A model generated the notes under the pieces. The model made no database searches, was not told the DNA's origin, and worked only from the letters and a program-made list of their open reading frames with translations. The position numbers were made by a program, and so were the translations under genes. 60,647 bases of DNA from Oopsacas minuta (taxonomy: Eukaryota > Animalia > Porifera): positions 109,703-170,349 of the forward strand of contig JAKMXF010000331.1 in assembly GCA_024704765.1 (NCBI GenBank), read 5' to 3'. Shown in pieces: positions 38,926-51,253 of this stretch; positions within the stretch are counted from its first letter, which is position 1; the number at the start of each line of letters is the position of its first letter.

Positions 38926-40936
38926 TATATTATTGATATTTGACATTACTCACAGTCTACATCTATAAACTATTTTCAGGTCAAAATGACGTCATCTGTT
39001 TGCTTAGTTAGCAAATATGTTAGAAAAATACTCCTGTTTTGAAACTACGTAGAGACGAAATTAATACATTTACGGTTTCAAAATTTATAGCATAGAATCT
39101 AAGGATGTTGCTGCACAAAATATCAAAATTTTGTCATCATAAATTTCGCGCGTTCTAGAGTTATCGTAGTGGCCATGAGTGGTATACTTGGGCCAATATT
39201 CATCCATAGCTTGACATCCTTCAATGTTACTGCCAAACCTACCTACGCACAAATAGTATATACCCGACTTCCCATACCCTAATAATACATTTTGATATGA
39301 TATCTCTGATGATTATGGAGCAATATTGAAAATGACCATTCATGGTATTAATGTTGACGCGCATTATTCTTTGCAGATATCAATTTTGTACTTATACCTG
39401 CGATAGCGGATGTTGAAAGCTTATTTTATCAATCATATTAGATACATATTCATACAATATATAATAATAATAATTCAAATCTCATTATTTTGTGCTTTTT
39501 TAAGTACAAATTTGTATTGTCGCTGCATGCATTTTTTGCCTATGTGGGGCCCGAGTTGAAAGTTGTTACGGTGCCCACAAATCCTGTTCAGGGGCCTGAG
39601 CAAATGGGTTGATTGTAATGTCGCTAAGGAATGCTTTAGGATTTGATAATAATTACAAGATTGCTCACGAACTCTTTGAGGCAAAATTCTCACTGGAGTG
39701 AATTTATTAGGAGATAGTGGAATCGCTCCACATTAAATGACAAGAGAATTGGATTCTGGTTGCTCACTGGATACAAATATACTACTAGATGTGGAAGAAT
39801 CATAGTTATCATCATAAAATTCAATTGAATTAAAGATTGGAGGCTCTTTCTTTGGGGATAAGGACCTGCTGCTGGCTATTGGTACTTCGTTTAGCGAAAA
39901 TCTTTTAATTAACAAGTTCGGTTATTACCAAGATTCGATTATTAGCATGTTTTGTAGGGTCACAATGGCTCAAATTGCATTAATGATCTTCCCTTATTTG
40001 CAAGTTCATATATGCAAGTTTTCTTATAAATCACGACTTGAAATATATTAATAAGGGAATCTTTAGTTAGTTTATTGCAAGAAGAACTTGCTAATACACG
40101 AACTTTTAGTTTGTGTATTTGCTCCGAACTCTTTAAGATACACACACACGTGTACTATAATATCCTTTACGCATAAATTTATCACATACAGGTAGGTATG
40201 TACGTGTACATACAACAATAGTAGTTATCAAATGGATTGAGTTGCTTTATTAGCAAGTTCGCTTATTGGCAAGTTTTTCTCGTGTAAAACCAGACTTGGT
40301 GATACGCGAACTCGACTGTATCACAAAAAGTTCTTAAAATAATACCCAATAGCTAGTGATTCAAATAGTCAAGAGAAAGAAAGAAATAGTTTAATTTCTA
40401 GCTTATAGGATACATTGCCCTTACAAAATATCCGAACACGAAAAAGAATACTCAAATAATCACCTCTGTTAGCAATCCCTTGGAGGTTTCGCTTAGATAA
40501 TATTCTTTCTTCATAAATATTGATTTAACTAACTAATCTGACTAGAATGTAATTTCCCCAGATAGCACCTGTAGGATGAAAAGCTTTTTCCAAAATACAA
40601 ACATCAAAAATGAAATAGAAAATCAACAACAGTACAATCAAAATAATCCAGGGGTATCACTATCTTCCATTCATCTAGTTCGAGCATCTCATCAGGATCT
40701 TCAAGTTATCAGCTGCAGGATTATCGTCAGTGTTTACGGGTCATCAAATTCAGGCGTCACATCAGCATCTAGTAAACTCCAGGGATGTCTCAGTTGAAAG
40801 ATTGAAAATTGAAAAGTCAATACAGTTTCAGAGGCTTGTTGGAGGGGTAGGTTTGATGACTTACGGAGGGAGTAGCAAAAGATTTTTAGTTCGGGTGGCA
40901 GATGATGAAATTAGTGAGATGTGGAATTGAAATAAA

Positions 40937-41330
40937 TTAAGGGACAAATTCGTTCAGTACATTGAGTTTCCATAAGTGTTGTTTATGACATGCCACATCA
41001 TAACACAAGCTCAGTTCAATTATTCTCATGACTCTCCTTTGGATGGACTCTATTTTGGCCAAATTAGCCATGGTGAGGGATGCATGCCAAACCGGACATG
41101 CATATTCAACAACTGACCTGATTATAGACCCATAGAACATGAGCAATTCAACGCTATAAAGCCCATGAAATTGTTGCGAATAGTTATTTTAGATTTTTGT
41201 AAAATGTGGTCATATGCACTTTGACTCAGCAAATACCTCAATTTCTTCTTGTAGCCTTTAATGCAACTTTCACATTGAGTTTGGGAACCTATACTATTGA
41301 TACGCAAATAATCTGTATATATATGTGTAT
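40937..41330 (-). mobile_element. Non-LTR retrotransposon (CR1/L2-like) RT C-terminal fragment
   Basis: KKLRYLL...FYGSIIRSVVEYACPVWH...KIESIQRRVMRII. Confidence 0.8.
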
Positions 41331-41334
41331 ATAT

Positions 41335-44300
41335 CAGGGTGCCGTGGGAAGGAATTTCAATCCCATTCCCTTCCCATTCCAACAGAAATCCTATGGGAAT
41401 TCCAATTCCTATAGGATATCTTATAAGAGCTAGTATATCTCTGGAGGCTCACGTGTATTTACAGAAAATGGACTTCTTAGATATTGATAAAGAAACTCTT
41501 AAGCAGAAATTGTTAACTAAAGACGGTTTGAAACTGGTTGATCTTCCGACGAGCTTGACAAACGCACAAAGCAATAGAAATCAATAGTAAAATGAATCCT
41601 ATTTTGTATGTGAAGTTTGTGATTCTGTTTAATTAAGGTAAATATGATCTAGCAAAATATCTTGGGATAATTGCCTAAAGGCAAAGAATAATCATATAAT
41701 TTCTTGTAAGAAATCAGATTCAAGAGTATCAATGAATGTTAAGATGTAACAATCTTGCGAGAGTATAGCGAAACGGAGATGGCATCAAGTGTAACTAATT
41801 GGAAAAACTTGGTTGTAGATACCCTTGCAGAAAATCCAACTGTTTATATTAGTACATACTCTAGAATTGTATCGAGAGCGACAAATTTTTCTGAGTAATA
41901 ACGCATTCTAAAGGCTCTTTGTGCGACTTTCTATTGGACGCATGTAGCACACAGGTCATTTGGTGAAGCGTGGGAAAGGCGCATGCCAAGCTGCTATCTA
42001 TATTTGACATGCTAAATAATGTGCTGATGTTAGCTGAACTGGAATTATCGATTATTGTTCTGTACGGAAGACGCATTCAATCCCATATGGTCCTGTGGTT
42101 GTTTGCGGGTTTGTGACGATTTAGAAGGTTCAATTAACCTATAAAGTTAGAAAAATTTGGAAAATAGAAGACGTTGTCATACATTCGAATTTGTGCTAAA
42201 ATCAGCGTAGGCGACAAAAAAGGAGTTTTTAATCCATTTTTTATATGTACAAGGGTTGTTCAATAAATAATGAGACATTTTATCATAATTTATATAGTAA
42301 ACCTATACTTATCATAATTGATTAAATTATCAAATGTTTCGATAAATTCCACCTTTAACTTTATACATCGTTTCCATAGTTCTGGTAACTTTTCCAGCCC
42401 AGTGGTATAGAATTCTTTATGGGTCCCTTTTTCTCACTGTTTCATTTCGTACTCCAGCAGTTTGAAATCCTAAAATCTCTTCCCTCGAAGAGGTCTCTTC
42501 ATCGCTCTAAACATCTAGTAGTCGCTAGGAGTCCAGGTCTGGACTATACGGGGATGAGGGAAGCATTCGAATCCTAAGTCGTCAATTGCAGCCATTGTCT
42601 TGGAACTTACATGGCGCTTTGCGTTGTCATGTTGCAGCAATACGCCACGTGTCAACTTGCCTCGCCTCTCACGTTTAATCGCTTGGCGCAATTCTTTCAA
42701 TTCGTCAACGTAATAATCATTGTTTATGGTGGTCTTCTCAGGCAACCAGTCGAAGTGTATAATTCCTTCCCTACCTCAAATTACTGTTGCCATTCTGTTC
42801 CCTGCTGATTTTGCGGCCTTACCTTGATGGATACAGGTTCATCACATCTCTTCCACTGCTTCAATTGAGTTTTGTTCTCTGGTTCATAATAATAAACCAA
42901 GTTTCATCCCCATTACAATACGATCCAAAAGGTATTCCTCTGCCTTGTATCTTGAAAGTAATTCTTTGCTGCCTGACCCTTTCGTGTTTTTTTATTTTGA
43001 TAGAAGTTTTGGGAGCCAACGCGCAGGTACCTTTGACATTTCCAATTCTTCAGTGATAATCGAGTGTAGTGTGGCTTTTATATACCTACCCTCTCTTCAA
43101 ACTCTCGCAGGGTAGGCTTAGAGCTGTATTAACTAGAATAGGTCTCATTACCTATTGAAAAACCCTTGTACAGCTAAAGATGCGAAGATGAAAGACAGAA
43201 TTTTGCAGGACATGTTGTTGTGTAGAACAGGCTTTATCTATTTGTGCCAGTGATGTTTTTGACAAGGTCAAGTTAGTTTGACATTTGTTTTGATCAGCTT
43301 TCTACAATAGAAACTTTCAATATCAAGAGGCCAGGTTTAGCAAGAGATTTTCAATTAACCTTTCTGGAAAAATCCACCACCCGCTCGTGGAGATCATATT
43401 TCAATAGAATCAACGCAATAGTAAGAAAGTATTCTGACTATCATAATTCCGATGACCTCGAAGTCTTTGACAATTTGCCCCCGTTACATCAATGCAAAGC
43501 ACTGTTAGACATTGTGACAGATACGAAATAGTTTCTAGACAAATTGGAGGTCAATGACCCAAGTGCACACTTGTCCTTCTTAAACTATTTAACTCTATAC
43601 GTATAGAAAGTTATTTAAAAGGAAATCAGATATGACAATACACTCAGTCTCACGAAAAAAACGGCTGGTCACCTACGAAACGCAATGGGAAACAAACTGT
43701 GGTCATATTTTGGGAGTGCATTCTCGAAGGCTGCAACGTATATTACAGGTAATATTTTTCGATTAAAGTTCAGGGAGCTAATTGACCCCATTCAGGAAGA
43801 TGTTACTTTACGAAATACACCCATTACCCAGTTTTACAAAAATGGATCAAAGAAGCTGATGAATTTGAACCAATAGTCAAGGCCCAAACTCAAACCATAG
43901 TAAGAAACTTATCTAGAACACCGAATGACAAAGTACCAGGCAGTGCTGATGCATGAAAGAGACAAAACACGTTATTTATTTGGCAGTTTATTCCAAACAA
44001 ACGACGAACCATCATTACTTTGTGATGTGATCATTGACGCTCTATTGGCAGAAGAGAGGCTTCACTGATATAGCCAACCTAGAGTTGACATACAAATCTT
44101 TTGGAAGACCTATGATTTTGTCATTTTACGACGAGTTCCTGTTTCATCTGCGACGAGAGAGCGTGTACTTCGCGAAGCCGGTATTGTGTTAACCAAACTG
44201 CGTCGCAAGGTTGGAACTGGGGAAATTGTCTGCACACATGTACATAAATTATGCTTTCATGTACTCAGACTTGTACAAATATATTCCTCCAACTGGCCTA

Positions 44301-44588
44301 CCTGAAGAAGATACATTAGATTTAGTAGAAAACACGATTGTTGAAAGTCAAGATGACGCTGGTGACGCTGATGAGAGCGTATAGAACATGGATTTCCTTA
44401 TTTGAGTTTAGAGTAAGAAGTTGGTCATTATTGTAGGCCAGTTTAGATGAATTTGTGTGCTGTAGTACAGAGTGAGCTGTGGGAATGGGAAACGAATTCC
44501 ATTGGGATTCCCATATGGGTATTCTCATGGTAATTCACATAGGATAACTAAGATTCCCATTCCAATACCATTCCCCCGGAAACCACTG
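41335..44588 (+). mobile_element. Decayed hAT element in a (TA)n tract, hosting a mariner
   Basis: CAGGGTGCCG / GGAAACCACTG ends with CCCATT/AATGGG subterminal repeats; dimerisation motif FWKTYDFVIL..PVSSATRERVLREAGIVLTKLRRK at about 44090-44215. Confidence 0.6.
42250..43168 (-). mobile_element. mariner (DD34D) element, internally deleted and frameshifted
   Basis: TA|CAAGGGTTGTTCAATA..GAGAC / GTCTC..TATTGAAAAACCCTTG|TA; GDETW, LLQHDNA..HPPYSPDL. Confidence 0.88.
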
Positions 44589-45569
44589 TATATATATTCT
44601 ATGTTCAGAAATGATTGAAGACTGCAAGACACCCAGGGCTAATTTTGGCATGCCTTGCTCGGATATGTTTAAGTGTTGGACGAAAGTTACAGCTACGATC
44701 AAATTATGACGTTATTGTCACCTTATTGGATATTCATAAGATAGCAATTGCATCACTTTGCAAAATGTATATTTAATTAAGAGTTTTCCTAAACAGATGC
44801 CCTACCAGCAACCTATTTGGTGAGTCGGGTCATGGGATTGCTGGGATTTTTGCATATAGCAACTTATGCAGCTGGAAGCTATATAGCAACTTAGGTTGCA
44901 GGTTAGAAAGATCCATCAATAAATATTGAATATTTTTTAATTGGCATTTAAAGGCAAGTTATTCCTATACAGCAAAATCTTCCTCATAAGTTTTCAGCAT
45001 ATAATTAATTAAAGTTACAATATACAAAAGGTTTCTTACATAAACTATCAAATATTACAATGTTAATTAATTGATTGTAGTTTACTTAGTTTGTCCATAT
45101 AGTTTAATTCCGCTAAATTTAAGATCATAATTTACGTGTAGCGTATATATTTCCCCTTATGTGAATATGAGTACACTAATTATAACAAGGTATTAATTGA
45201 TCGTTAAATATAAGCCTGCTATCGTGATCGAGGTATCACTGATGGTACAATACTAATGTACGTGTAATGCCCTGATTACTCCATTACAATATAGTATACG
45301 ATTTCTATAGACAATTTGCGACATCAGTATTTTCGCGCAGCCGTGCGAAATCTAGCCTTCGGGATTAAGGTCACAACTTTTGGTGATATTAGTCCTGTAT
45401 TCCGATAACCGGTAAACCGCCGCTATATCAAGTTAAGGTGATGGATAAACTTGTTCCAATAAAAGTGTCAACCTGTTTAACCACTGCTGACCTGTATTTG
45501 GTGGGGAGAGAGGGAAATTTAGTGAGCAATTATTGCACCCCTGCCCACACTCTCTACGCTACTAAGCTA

Positions 45570-45760
45570 CATCTCAGACAGCAGTTAGTGCAACTTCTCC
45601 AGGGATGTCCCAAGCATTGACCTCACTTGGATTGTCTCCTACAATATCTGAAGAAAAAGATTGTCTTCGAGGTGATAAATGCATGGGACGCCCGCGAAAG
45701 CGTTCTTCTATGGAAATACTATATACAACTTGTACACCTTCTCCTACGATGTGGAATACC
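45570..45760 (+). repeat. Diverged dispersed copy of 52115-52300 (5' part of the Mutator/Kolobok-like element)
   Basis: Shared GATAAATGCATGGGACGCCC...TCTATGGAAATA..TATACAACTTGTACACC and upstream CTACATC.CAGACAGCAGT. Confidence 0.8.
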
Positions 45761-46936
45761 CGAGCAGGTCTCTACGAAAATTTTAAGATTTCAAATATTT
45801 GTTTACTGTAATAGTCCTAAAAACAACAAATAAGTTTAATTAAGGGAAATTGAAAATGCCAAAATCAGTTTCAGCTTACTTACTTTGTTACCCTATGGTA
45901 GCCGGTAATAGCTGGTCTCTACGTATATTTTAGAATTCAACTACTTGTTACTTTTAGTCATATAAACAACAATAAATTCGCATATGATAAATCCAAAAGC
46001 TTGAAAATCAGATTCAGCAAGTTGGATATATTTGGTGGGGTATAATTGAATTCTATTTACTTTCTTGATAAACATGATAAATACATAGTTATGCGACAAT
46101 TATAAAATTGCAAACCCGTAAATCCTTTCCTTGACAACTGACAAACAAACAAACAGACAACAATTGAGATTTAATGATATAGATATTATTGATATATAAA
46201 TATATTGTTGGTTTTATGAATATACAGGAAACAGTTAGAAACATCTCAAAATTTACTTAGATACTAGCTCTCAACGGCTAAAAAGGGGGTTAATCTTACA
46301 AAATAATTCAATAACATATAAGCGATATACGCATATTTGTTAACTACATTGTTCTAAATATATCTGTATTATAATACTTAAAGGGGCCGTCAATTTGGAG
46401 GAAAGTGGATACCTCAGGCCCAATCTGACGAGCAAAAGACTCCTAGATATGTATATTCACATGTTATTGCAATTTACTAATATAGGAGTATCTGCGAAAT
46501 TAACTCATTCTTATCCACCCACTAGTATTATTTCTCGTGTTTTCGGAAATATATATATAGTGATTGCTAATTGTTATTATTATACACTGCCTGTCCTAAT
46601 GTATTGGAACACCCTGCCACAATTGACACCTGGTACTAAAGTTGTTGCCTTAGTTGTATAGGCTAAAGGTGATCTTAACACATTCCGTGCCATTATCTAA
46701 TCTTCGTCGCCTACAGGGTGCCAAATTTTATTTTTTTCGTTATCTATGTGAAGTTTTCACCATTTCTTTATCTGTTTAATTTGTCTTCATTCGCATAGTT
46801 TTACTCATTATTTTCCATTATTTCCCAATACGAGATTTCTCGTATCTTGGCACTATTGTCGTGCCTTTTATATCCTACCTACCCAACTACGAGTTATCTC
46901 GTAAAGTACAAATTCCATACTTCTATTCTTTACAGC

Positions 46937-47192
46937 AGGGGTTTTCAACCTTTTTCTGACCACGACCCACTTTCCAACTTTTTAAAGCGTTCGCGCCCCA
47001 CCCGATGAAGGTATAACCAAAACGTAAATTTCAAAATGTATGTAGGGTTTCTAATTACGCAATGCGACATTAACCACAAATTAATAGTAATAGAATCACT
47101 GAAATTCAGTAAAAATTCCTACCTTCCACGACCCACTGAAAAAGCTCTCGCGACCCACCAGTGGGTCGCGACCTACTGGTTGAAAACCCCTG
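46937..47192. mobile_element. hAT MITE inside piggyBac
   Basis: CAGGGGTTTTCAACC...GGTTGAAAACCCCTG; flanks TTTTACAG / CTTTACAG (7/8). Confidence 0.88.
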
Positions 47193-47415
47193 CTTTACAG
47201 GGACGTCGGCACAGAGAGTTACTTAGGTGGAGAATGCCTCCCCCTTGTAAAAATCCGTGCTTCGTGGCAATGCCCCTCCCCCTAATAAACCCTTGCCCGG
47301 GGCATTTTTTATTATTTTCATTTATCATCATTAGCGTTGTTTTTTAATGATACCCTGATCTATTGGCTTACTGTATATTTTTTCATATTCTTGAGGTTAT
47401 TTAAGTCCTGATTAG

Positions 47416-49313
47416 ATGGATATTGATTTTAATTCCAGTTCACAAGAGTTAGATTTTATGTCTACAGGTAATCTAGAATTTTCTGATTCAGATGCTATGG
47501 AAACTGAATATTCTCATGAAATATGTGATCCTATTATTCAAGCTGATCAATATACTCTTGGTAAAAGAAAAATTTCTCATATATCCTCTAACCCCAAACG
47601 AATGAAACTAATTATTCAACCTTTGTCTTATGTTGATCACAGTTCTCATTACATTATGAATAACATAACCTCTGGTTCCTGTCGGAAGAGATGTTTAACG
47701 AAAGGAACTTTGCCACATTCGAAACGGGTAAGATTTGAAGCTCCATCATCAAGTTCTGAAGGTTTCAATGATTTATCATCGAATACAATTCCCACACTTT
47801 TAAATGTTACAAGTACATCTCTAATCGCTAATGGTTCTCCTCCAAGTCCTGCTACTTGGTCGAAGACAGGTTCTATTCCCATTACATTCAAGTTTTCCCA
47901 AAAACCAGGGATAAATGTATCAATTCCATCAAATGTTACTCCTGGATTTTTCTTCGATCTCTTTCTAACTGACCAGTTTTGTGATATGATGGTACAGGAA
48001 ACTAATAGATATGCGGAGGAATTTTTATTGAACTCTAGAAAACTACGCAGTAATTCTCGTTTCAATAACTGGAAGCAAACTGATAGAACTGAAATACGAA
48101 TGCTCATTGGTTTGTTGATCCACATGGGTCCTGTTGTTTTCCCTAAAATTGCTGATTATTGGAGTAGAGATGTTTTATACAATAGTTCTTTATGGAGAAA
48201 TGTGATGAGTTGAAACAGATTTCAATTATTATTACGCTTTTGGCACTTTGTTGACAATAAGGAACCACAAGAATCCAGACTCCCAAAGATCAAACCATAT
48301 CTAGACCACTTGAATAATACAATGAGTAGAATATACACCCCTGGAAGGAACCTTTCGCTAGATGAATCAATGGTCCTTTGGAGAGGTCGCTTGGTATTTC
48401 GACAATATATTAAAAACAAACGCCATAAATATGGCATAAAGCTTTTTCAATTATGTGAATCTGATGGGATCGTGCTCAGAGTGGCAATATATAGTGGAGA
48501 GAGTTTCTTTGATGAACATATGATAGGCCAAACCGGAGCTATTGTTTTACATTTAATGCGAGATTATCTAGATAAGGGATATTGTGTATTCACGGATAAT
48601 TATTATACATCTGTCACTCTTACAAAGATTATGTCAGAACGTTCTACATACATTTGTGGTACTCTGCGGCCTGATCGCAAAGGGAACCCTCAGACTGTAA
48701 TACAGAGTAAGTTAAAACGTGGAGAATATGAATGAAGCGGCCGTGAAGGTATGATTGTTTGCAAATGGAAGGGTAAGCGTGATGTACTAACTATTAGTAA
48801 CTTCCATAGGTTTCAAATGGTATGTGTCCAGAACAAATACGGAGTCCGTAGACAAAATCCAATAACTGTCAGAGACTATAATAAAGGAATGTCAGGTGTT
48901 GATCGATCAGATAAATGCTGTCATACCATAGTAGTTTAAGAAAAACGATTAGGTGGTATAAGAAAATTGCACTACATATGATCGAGATGTGTATTTTTAA
49001 TGCTCACTATATGTTCTCTATGCATGAAAGGAAACAATCGGATAAAATGCGGTTGTTAGATTTTCGGGAATGTATAGTCAGGCATCTGGTTGGTGAGGTT
49101 GCTTCAAATTCAAGAACAAAGATCTTATCTTCCAAAGAGTCACATTTCCCTCGGTCTATCCCTCCTACAGTCAAGAAGAAATTTCCAACTAAACCATGTA
49201 GAGTATGTAAGCAAAATAGGATTAGACGAGAATCAAGATATTGTTGTGATTCATGCGAAGAACACCGTGCGTTATGTGTTGACCCATGTTTTCGCTTATT
49301 CCACACATTGTAA
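47416..49313 (+). pseudogene. piggyBac (PGBD4-like) transposase pseudogene
   Basis: SLDESM, FTDNYY, GVDRSD (DDD triad) and C-terminal CRVC..CDSC..LCVDPCF..FH; in-frame TGA at 48211 and 48733 and one frameshift near 48912. Confidence 0.9.
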
Positions 49314-49537
49314 TAACCTGGATTAATGAAAATATCTATTAATAGTTAGTAGCAGCGAATTTTAGGACTTCTTAATCTAAATATATTCACATTACTCATT
49401 CAAATTTTATCTTTTTCACGAAAATATTCTTGTAATATTTACATGCTAATATTATTGCTAACACATTATTTGGGAAAGATCCTAGTAGGCAGATCATAAA
49501 TGATTGAATACTTCACTGAAACAATAGTGACAACGTA

Positions 49538-50912
49538 CAGTCTGTTTCAGAAGTATTGGCAGTAAATTAAAATATTAATATTTCAGAAATTGGAACAAAT
49601 AGCAAATAGATAATGATACTACGAAATTCTATGGGTAAGATAAATCTGTAAACAAAATTTCAGTAATTAATCTTCTCCCCTCCCGAATTTATGCACATAT
49701 TTACACGGTTAGGCATAGATAATATAAAATTTTTCAGGAAATCGGGGGTAAAAGTCTCCCATTCGTAAATTATAGCTACTTTTAAATCAGCCAAGTTATT
49801 GAGAGATCTCTTTGACAACCTCTGCTTTAGGACTCCCCAGATGTTCTCAATTGGATTTAAGTCCTGAGAATAGGCAGGCCAATCCAATACTAGAATATTT
49901 TCACTATCTTTCCACTCTTTGCTGAGCTTAGATTTATGAATTGGGGAATTGTCTTCCTGCAGAATCCATCCCTCAGGATAGTAAACATCAGCTGTTCTGA
50001 TTAAACACTCATTCAGAGTATCAATATACAATTTGGAGACAAAATTAGAAGTAAATATCTTCAATGTTGTGGTTCCCATGGAAGAAATCCCTCCCCAAAC
50101 GTGTAATTTTGGCGTGTGCCGTTGAACCTTCAGAATAGGATTTTCTTTTGCTTTAGTCCACATGCCAACACTTCCCCGATTTAACCAAATAGAACATTCG
50201 TCTGTGAAGAATACATTCTCCCAACAATAATTCACTTGATCTTTACACCATTCAACTCTGTTTTTAGCTATTAATGGGGTAATGAATGGTCCCATAACAG
50301 GTTGTTTAAAGTTAAATCCACAAGCACGAGTTGCCAGGTAGACTGTTGAAGTTGACGGAGCATCGGTGTACTTGGAAGAGAGATTCGCATGTACAGAACG
50401 TATAGAGATCTTAGAATGAGAATTTAACGTTCGTTTAATTGATTGTTTGTGTGAATATGTGATAGCCTTGGGACGCCCACTAACACTTTTATTTGTTATG
50501 CTTTTGCCTTCACGAAGTATAGATTTTATACGAAAAATTGTCCTCAATGGTATCCCTGTTTTAGCAGAGATTTCCTTCGCTGAAGTAATACCTGCATCAA
50601 TAAATATTTTGATTTTCTTCCTCTGTTCTAATGCGACATTTAGCTACAAATAGGGCTAAAATATAATTTGTTTTATTAAGTGAGATCAAATTGGCAGCTG
50701 TGGCGGTGGGAAATTTTATGCCTCAAAATTCCCCGTTTCAAATATCTGAATCGAGGTAAACATTAAGAAAGTCCATCATGATTAATGATAAATTTCATGA
50801 TAACTATCTAAGTATGCAATAACGAAAAGATCAATAGATAAACTATCACACAATTGAATAGGCTTAGGAAATATGAAATATGAACTACCGCCAATACTTT
50901 TGAAACAAACTG
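49538..50912 (-). mobile_element. Tc1 (DD34E) transposon inside the piggyBac 3' region
   Basis: TA|CAGTCTGTTTCAGAAGTATTGGC / GCCAATACTTTTGAAACAAACTG|TA. Confidence 0.9.
49660..50637 (-). pseudogene. Tc1 transposase, open for about 325 codons but ATG out of frame
   Basis: FFTDEC, LQEDNSPIH, DLNPIENIW with 34 residues between D and E; the ORF continues upstream of 50547 to NVALEQRKKIK, and the adjacent ATG is off by one base. Confidence 0.85.
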
Positions 50913-51253
50913 TATATATAGATGGATCTGAGTGTGTAGGGAAAAAGAAAAAAACTAATGGAATTACGATATATCTCGTAGCTGGCAATCCAGCTGCATC
51001 ATCAGAAACGAGATATCTCGTATTTGGCAGTCAACGTGTTAAACAATATAGAACATAAATATTTCACAAGCAACGAATGATAACAAGCAATTGTTCTACT
51101 TTCTGCCATTACATAGAATCTTTCAACATATTAATGCCTTGTGCCAAAAGTGGTAAAGTGCTCCAATACTTTTGGCCAGACAGTGTATAGGGTGTAATTG
51201 TAAGCGCATTGACGAACACTATAGGATTGCTAATTACCAAACACCAATACCGA

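Larger units (their letters stand above)
46679..51038 (+). mobile_element. piggyBac transposon, full length, TTAA-flanked
   Basis: TTAA|CACATTCCGTGCC...GGCAGTCAACGTG|TTAA; two copies of the palindrome TACGAGATATCTCGTA near each end. Confidence 0.85.
46585..51185. mobile_element. Tc1-type MITE (about 240 bp of its own sequence) split by the piggyBac insertion
   Basis: TA|CACTGCCTGTCCTAATGTATTGGAACAC (46585) versus GTGCTCCAATACTTTTGGCCAGACAGTG|TA (51185). Confidence 0.75.

Noticed and set aside
40576-40930. Two short plus-strand ORFs with a possible acceptor at 40678
   Set aside because: No recognisable motif or donor, and the region abuts the 3' end of the LINE fragment.
47416-49313. In-frame TGA codons as evidence of a variant genetic code or readthrough
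   Set aside because: They replace different residues (probable Arg and Trp here, Gly in the MULE), coexist with frameshifts, and intact genes contain no internal TGA.
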